Origin: Longimicrobiales bacterium
GTDB lineage: Bacteria; Gemmatimonadota; Gemmatimonadetes; Longimicrobiales; Gaopeijiaceae
Reading direction: 5' to 3'
Length of the DNA: 64,000 nucleotides
Assembly (NCBI GenBank): GCA_965219445.1
Contig: CBDCNQ010000004.1
Coordinates: 1,152,001 to 1,216,000, forward strand
Positions within the stretch are counted from its first letter, which is position 1. The number at the start of each line of letters is the position of its first letter. The notes under the pieces are model-generated. The model did no database searches and was not told where the DNA came from. It saw only the letters and a list, made by a program, of their open reading frames with translations. This document shows, in pieces, positions 61,656 to 64,000 of the stretch. Made by a program: the position numbers and the translations under genes.

Positions 61656-62948
61656 CTACCACTGCGGCAGATAGGTCCGTCCGCCCTTGACGGTTCGCCA
61701 CGGTACCAGCTTTTCCCGGCCCACTCTCACTCCGCCGAAAGCATCCACGAACCTGTGCTCGCCGGTCTGCAGCTCGAAGATGGCGACATCGCCCTCCGCG
61801 CCCACGCGAAGGGTTCCGATCTCCACGTCCCATGCTAGTGCGGCGGCGGGGGTTACCGTGGTCCTCCGCACCGCTTCCTCGAGCGAGAGCCCGAGGTACA
61901 AGAACTTGGAGAGGGTCGTTGCCAGGTCATACGCCGGCCCTTCTTCACCGACGTTATACGCGTGTACGTCACTGCTTATCGTGCTCGGCAGTACGCCCTG
62001 TCGCATCGCCATTTCCATGGTGTCGAATGAGAAGCTCGACTGACCGTGGCCGACGTCGAACAGCACGCCCCGCTCCAAGGCCTCGCCCGCGGAAGTGCGA
62101 AGGATTCCTTCGCTCGTCAGGATCCCGTCGTTCGCTGATTCCGGCGTTCCGGACCGGCGGAAACTGTGGGTCAGCAGGTCTCCGGGTCGCAACATCCCAA
62201 GGAGCTCATCGATGGGGGTCACGGTCGAGGTAATGTGCATCATGATGGGCAGTCCAAAGGCCTCCGCGGCTTCGAGGGCTCGCTCGACCGCGACCAAGTC
62301 GTTCGGTCCGGACTGACCTCTGCCGGCCCGGACCTTCACCCCCAAGATCACGTCTCGATGCTGCTCGATGGTTTGAACGGCACGGTTGACGTTGGCGTGC
62401 TCCAGGTCCTCGAGCTCTCCCCGCAGATTGGTGACCATACCTGTGGCGGAGATGTTCAAGAACGTCCGAATTCGGGTGGACTGCACCTCGATGACATACT
62501 TCCGAAAGCCGGGGAAGGTCTGTGCCCCGGCGGATCCGGGATCCAGGATCGTCGTGGAGCCTCGGCTGAGACAATACTTGTCCGCGTTTATGCCATAGTG
62601 GGAAACGCCTTCGAAAACATGGGCATGCAGATCGATCAAGCCGGGCGTCACGATCCGCCCGTCCGCCTCGATGACCTCCCGCCAACCCGCAGGATCAATC
62701 ACCTGGGCCACTTCGGCGATTCTGCCGTTCCGGATGCCAACGTCATATCGGCCGCTCAACTCCTGCGACGGATCCACGACCCTCCCGCCACGAATGAGAA
62801 CATCCGAGGCCTGCTGTTTCTCGATCAAGGTGGGCGTTGATGCAAAGGCCCGCCGGCCAGAGAGGCCTGTAGTCAATGCAGCAGCTGTTCCTACGGCGGC
62901 TGTCAAGAAACGCCGTCTCGGTATGGCATGTGCGTGTTTGTGGCCCAT
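61656..62948 (-). CDS. Tat-exported amidohydrolase/deacetylase (dihydroorotase-like)
   Basis: RRRFL, PGLIDLHAH, GVKVR, DVGHG, SSDVH. Confidence 0.9.
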   Translation of the reverse strand: MGHKHAHAIPRRRFLTAAVGTAAALTTGLSGRRAFASTPTLIEKQQASDVLIRGGRVVDPSQELSGRYDVGIRNGRIAEVAQVIDPAGWREVIEADGRIVTPGLIDLHAHVFEGVSHYGINADKYCLSRGSTTILDPGSAGAQTFPGFRKYVIEVQSTRIRTFLNISATGMVTNLRGELEDLEHANVNRAVQTIEQHRDVILGVKVRAGRGQSGPNDLVAVERALEAAEAFGLPIMMHITSTVTPIDELLGMLRPGDLLTHSFRRSGTPESANDGILTSEGILRTSAGEALERGVLFDVGHGQSSFSFDTMEMAMRQGVLPSTISSDVHAYNVGEEGPAYDLATTLSKFLYLGLSLEEAVRRTTVTPAAALAWDVEIGTLRVGAEGDVAIFELQTGEHRFVDAFGGVRVGREKLVPWRTVKGGRTYLPQW

Positions 62949-63250
62949 GACATCCACTCCCTGAAAGCGTGAATGGGTACGAAGTCGCGCGAGGCACTCC
63001 CAGTGAACAGTTCTCGGCTCTTCCACCAGCCTGGGAGGTCCAGCTTAGCCAGACGAGGTGTTGCTCAACAGTGCGAGGGATTAACCAAAGTCCGAACAGA
63101 GGCGGACCAGGGATGCGGTTCCCTGCGTGAGGCGAGACAGCCGCCTACCACGAGGTGGAGGCAGGATTACGCTGTTGGTGCTTGGTGTTGTTGTCCGGCT
63201 TGTCGGCCGACAATTGTGAATCCGGCCGCGGTCAAGAAAGAAATCGTCAA

Positions 63251-63376
63251 TCGGGACGGCCGGATTGACCTCCGGTCGCCTTCGGCGATCCTCGCTCGTC
63301 TCGCGGAGGCCATGCGGATCTATCGAGAGCGCTGCTGACGCTCGGCTCGAACCGGCGACCCCCTGAACCCCATTCA
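63251..63376 (-). repeat. tRNA-Pro(GGG) 3' half split by an 81-bp insert in the T loop
   Basis: TGAATGGGGTTCAGGGGGTCGCCGGTTCG (63376-63348) + AATCCGGCCGTCCCGA (63266-63251). Confidence 0.78.
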
Positions 63377-63582
63377 TTATTTGGGCTGTTTTCCTGAGTT
63401 TGGCTGAGTATGGCTCAGTGCTGTAAGTGTATCTTCTGTTGGCACTTATGTGGGGTTGCTCTTCCGTTCAGTATTTTCCTGTTTGGCCTTGTTTGGCTGA
63501 GTTGGCACACTGGTGGCACACAAAATCGGCCGTGATTTGGCGCTTCTCGGAGGGCGTCTGGCTGACCGGCACACTTTGGGCG

Positions 63583-63624
63583 AGCCGGCGGGTGGATTCG
63601 AACCCCCAACCTCCTGGTTAACAG
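63583..63624 (-). repeat. tRNA 3' half att scar (Thr-like acceptor end)
   Basis: CTGTTAA CCAGG AGGTT GGGGG TTCGAAT CCACC CGCCGGC T; no 5' half. Confidence 0.7.
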
Positions 63625-63981
63625 GCGGGCCCAGTAGGGGCCGTATTTCACAAACCGCCGCGTGATCTTCAGGATCCGGTCGTCGTCCGAGGCTACCGGA
63701 GTCGGTCGGCGCGTTCTTATGATCGTTTCCTCCTTGTCGTACAGACCCGCCGAACGCCCCTCACGACACGTAGTGCCTCGGCGCACGGCCATCGGCTGGA
63801 CATCGAATACCTGGGCCATGCTCGTGGGAGATGACCTGGCCATCCGTAGCCGAAGGAGGCACAAAGTACGCATTGGTCGGATGAACTTCAAAAGAGCTAC
63901 TTACAAATTGTAAGCGAAACTGTGCACAAATCACCGAGAGAATCAGGACTTACAGGTAGTCACAGAGGCACTCGGAAAAAC

Positions 63982-63997
63982 TGGCATACTAGTTGCA
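63982..63997 (+). promoter_or_regulatory. Sigma-54 -24/-12 promoter
   Basis: TGGCAT-N5-TTGCA; palindrome TTACAAATTGTAA at 63901-63913. Confidence 0.6.
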
Positions 63998-64000
63998 CTT

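Noticed and set aside
43262..63624. Functional tRNA genes
   Set aside because: Only 3' halves; no D arm or 5' acceptor strand

Overview
GC-rich bacterial DNA, probably Gemmatimonadota-like (inferred from stubs of a lineage-expanded Ser/Thr kinase family). Positions 1-10.9 kb are mostly ordinary: phosphatases, an aldo/keto reductase and an ECF sigma / zinc anti-sigma / TonB-receptor operon. The rest is a decayed, mobile-element-rich island region. It holds a type I R-M locus, IS256/IS1111/IS3 elements, a group IIC intron, ICE remnants, a P4-like integrase, several tRNA 3'-half att scars and metabolic cargo: two cytochrome c-PQQ dehydrogenases, a polyamine ABC transporter, a VanX-like peptidase, and a GT4 pair including a 1381-aa GT4-NAGPA fusion. 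The best finding is at 16400-21281. The left inverted repeat of an IS256 has been hit by both an IS1111-type (IS110 family) element and a group IIC intron, 3 bp apart. The IS1111 non-coding end folds into a bridge/seek-RNA-like structure whose guides match that IS256 repeat and the element's own circle junction. All calls come from reading motifs by eye; no searches were run.
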